Assembly (NCBI GenBank): GCA_028826165.1 | Contig: JAPDFW010000103.1 | Span: 806,001-870,000, forward strand | Source: Anaeramoeba ignava BMAN | Lineage: Eukaryota; Protista; Anaeramoebae | Length of the DNA stretch: 64,000 nucleotides | Reading direction: 5' to 3' | In this document: piece after piece, positions 63,701-64,000 of the stretch | Layout: every line of letters begins with the position of its first letter | Position numbering within the stretch: the stretch's first letter is position 1 | Translations under genes and position numbers: made by a program | Notes under the pieces: generated by a model | What the model saw: only the letters and a program-made list of their open reading frames with translations | What the model was told of the DNA's origin: nothing | The model's database searches: none

Positions 63701-63956
63701 CAATAAAATGTTTATCACTCGAAATTTTTGCATTTTCATCATAATTTTCATTAAAATCTTCATTAAAATCTTCATTAAAATCTTCATTAAAATCTTCTTT
63801 ATAATTTTTATCTAAATTTTCCTTTTTTTTTTCTTTTAATTTTTCATCATTTTCATTTAAATCTTCTTCAGAAATTTCTTCTACATTAACTTTTGAATAA
63901 GAATGTGTTTTATCTTCTTCAGAATCAAAAGGTAATTCAAATTCTGGTTCACTCAT
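60783..63956 (-). CDS. Large disordered protein with two RRM domains and R/D/Y/S- and H/P/Q-rich regions
   Basis: Single 1057-aa ORF. RRM1: IKISNLPNDVTYRELFQLFEPLG.I..L. RRM2: IIVQGI...LTE..I..IFSKFGTI..I......A.V.Y......A..AV..M.G..I....L.VSF. Confidence 0.78.
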   Translation of the reverse strand: MSEPEFELPFDSEEDKTHSYSKVNVEEISEEDLNENDEKLKEKKKENLDKNYKEDFNEDFNEDFNEDFNENYDENAKISSDKHFIDKLQFSKFINNSENKSIQVSDEKINEDENLNNLNLNNNKNKNSNQEKENDLNETKLEEDLENKEKKNEGELDLYSEDNIILREEDNKENEKESINNDQEYSDIKEEKNESKNESKNDLKNELENDLKNELKNELKNDLKNDLKNESKNDLENESKNELKENNPQKHHSKHSNQNSYEEENKKKETNTKITSRIIKLPVDSEKRTKHNLSDKNQGNFEENTKRAKTDDDYNEKYKHESEESKKYDYDRNKYDQYDKHKYDSEERSKYEESDYHHHSSTHYHSSTSGNTSETRNTSENSRKEKRSHSSSPSPSNFVRRPTMKYETYDPILKQKFTHFKFDNYREVSQIKISNLPNDVTYRELFQLFEPLGFIRKLEIHKDYTILSMNMGKGVDIVEMFQDFDLRNRKMRLSYVHKFMDYKDFIESVSDYRDHHQSKSYHTSESRSDSKESTRDSSRDSKYRSRYNSGNDNRNNYDYSHQKYKDYGYNNRQNNYSNDSKYHGKYDDRNTSRYRNSGYDSKYKDNESNYDSKYRDYDNRDNYRREHNRTSNYDNKSNNKYRNYDNNSRYQQNRNRYDFQKDPKYESSYEIKNDSLNYDNRYQTKYLDNPDPYIHPQHHQQPPLHPSHHTHQQHMQSHIPAHLHSAHPLVPMQNSRDWEDEMKKHAMYQNDPNYHMNFPENSDQFQSEKSKYHDPYFHNMPSRHEDYSRISDPQYRYRRDLPFNAKQDIREKYSPQRFPDQEYPYYDKKFANYPETTAPLFNYDQNPLEQEKEFARIPFEIDPQNAFHDFQTPRAYPRRMGPPISESASIIVQGIQQQDLTEYNISEIFSKFGTINQIYLTSSEAIVNYSHPKYAELAVKSMMGKMIDNQPLIVSFYQEVIQDPFIYPSHYQEGISLNDLTAKKTIEESIPRIYANQPQVPPMKHQLQYQPREHLDPYSLAQSSDNQLYNSDERKYVLDSKSLFSQKNEKNGDPKKK

Positions 63957-64000
63957 TTAAATTACTAAAAAAAAATGATTTTTTTAAATTAAAAAAAAAT

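Noticed and set aside
1-64000. Alternative genetic code, inteins, tRNA or rRNA genes
   Set aside because: Conserved genes end at TAA/TGA with no in-frame stops once spliced; I saw no Hint motifs, cloverleafs or rRNA-like sequence.

Overview
This is an extremely AT-rich, intron-containing eukaryotic (protist) window read with the standard genetic code. It is not prokaryotic. The NQ/NE low-complexity tracts, BTB-BACK-TLDc genes, PAS proteins and TCATTTT motifs before ATGs suggest an anaerobic metamonad such as Anaeramoeba (inference only). By checking GT-AG boundaries and reading frames by hand I assembled 15 protein-coding genes: coiled-coil+RasGEF, a PAS protein, PARP6/8-like, dymeclin, a small orphan, 2-Cys peroxiredoxin, G-alpha, MAEA, a DENN protein, SAP18, NT-C2+DIL, a TPR-kinase, METTL5, DUS1-like and a 2xRRM protein. 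There is also a ~13.7 kb RNF213/mysterin-like AAA+/E3 locus broken by frameshifts, and two BTB-family remnants. Locus-specific AT-rich satellites fill introns and 3' flanks but not the short head-to-head intergenic regions. The most interesting signals are: (i) the divergent RNF213-like giant with an apparently non-catalytic RZ finger; (ii) a recurrent TTCCACTTTTT motif shortly after stop codons, amplified into arrays; (iii) a parabasalid-like TCATTTT initiator; (iv) a ~310-codon in-frame repeat insert or possible exitron inside METTL5. No rRNA, tRNA, CRISPR or autonomous transposon could be supported.
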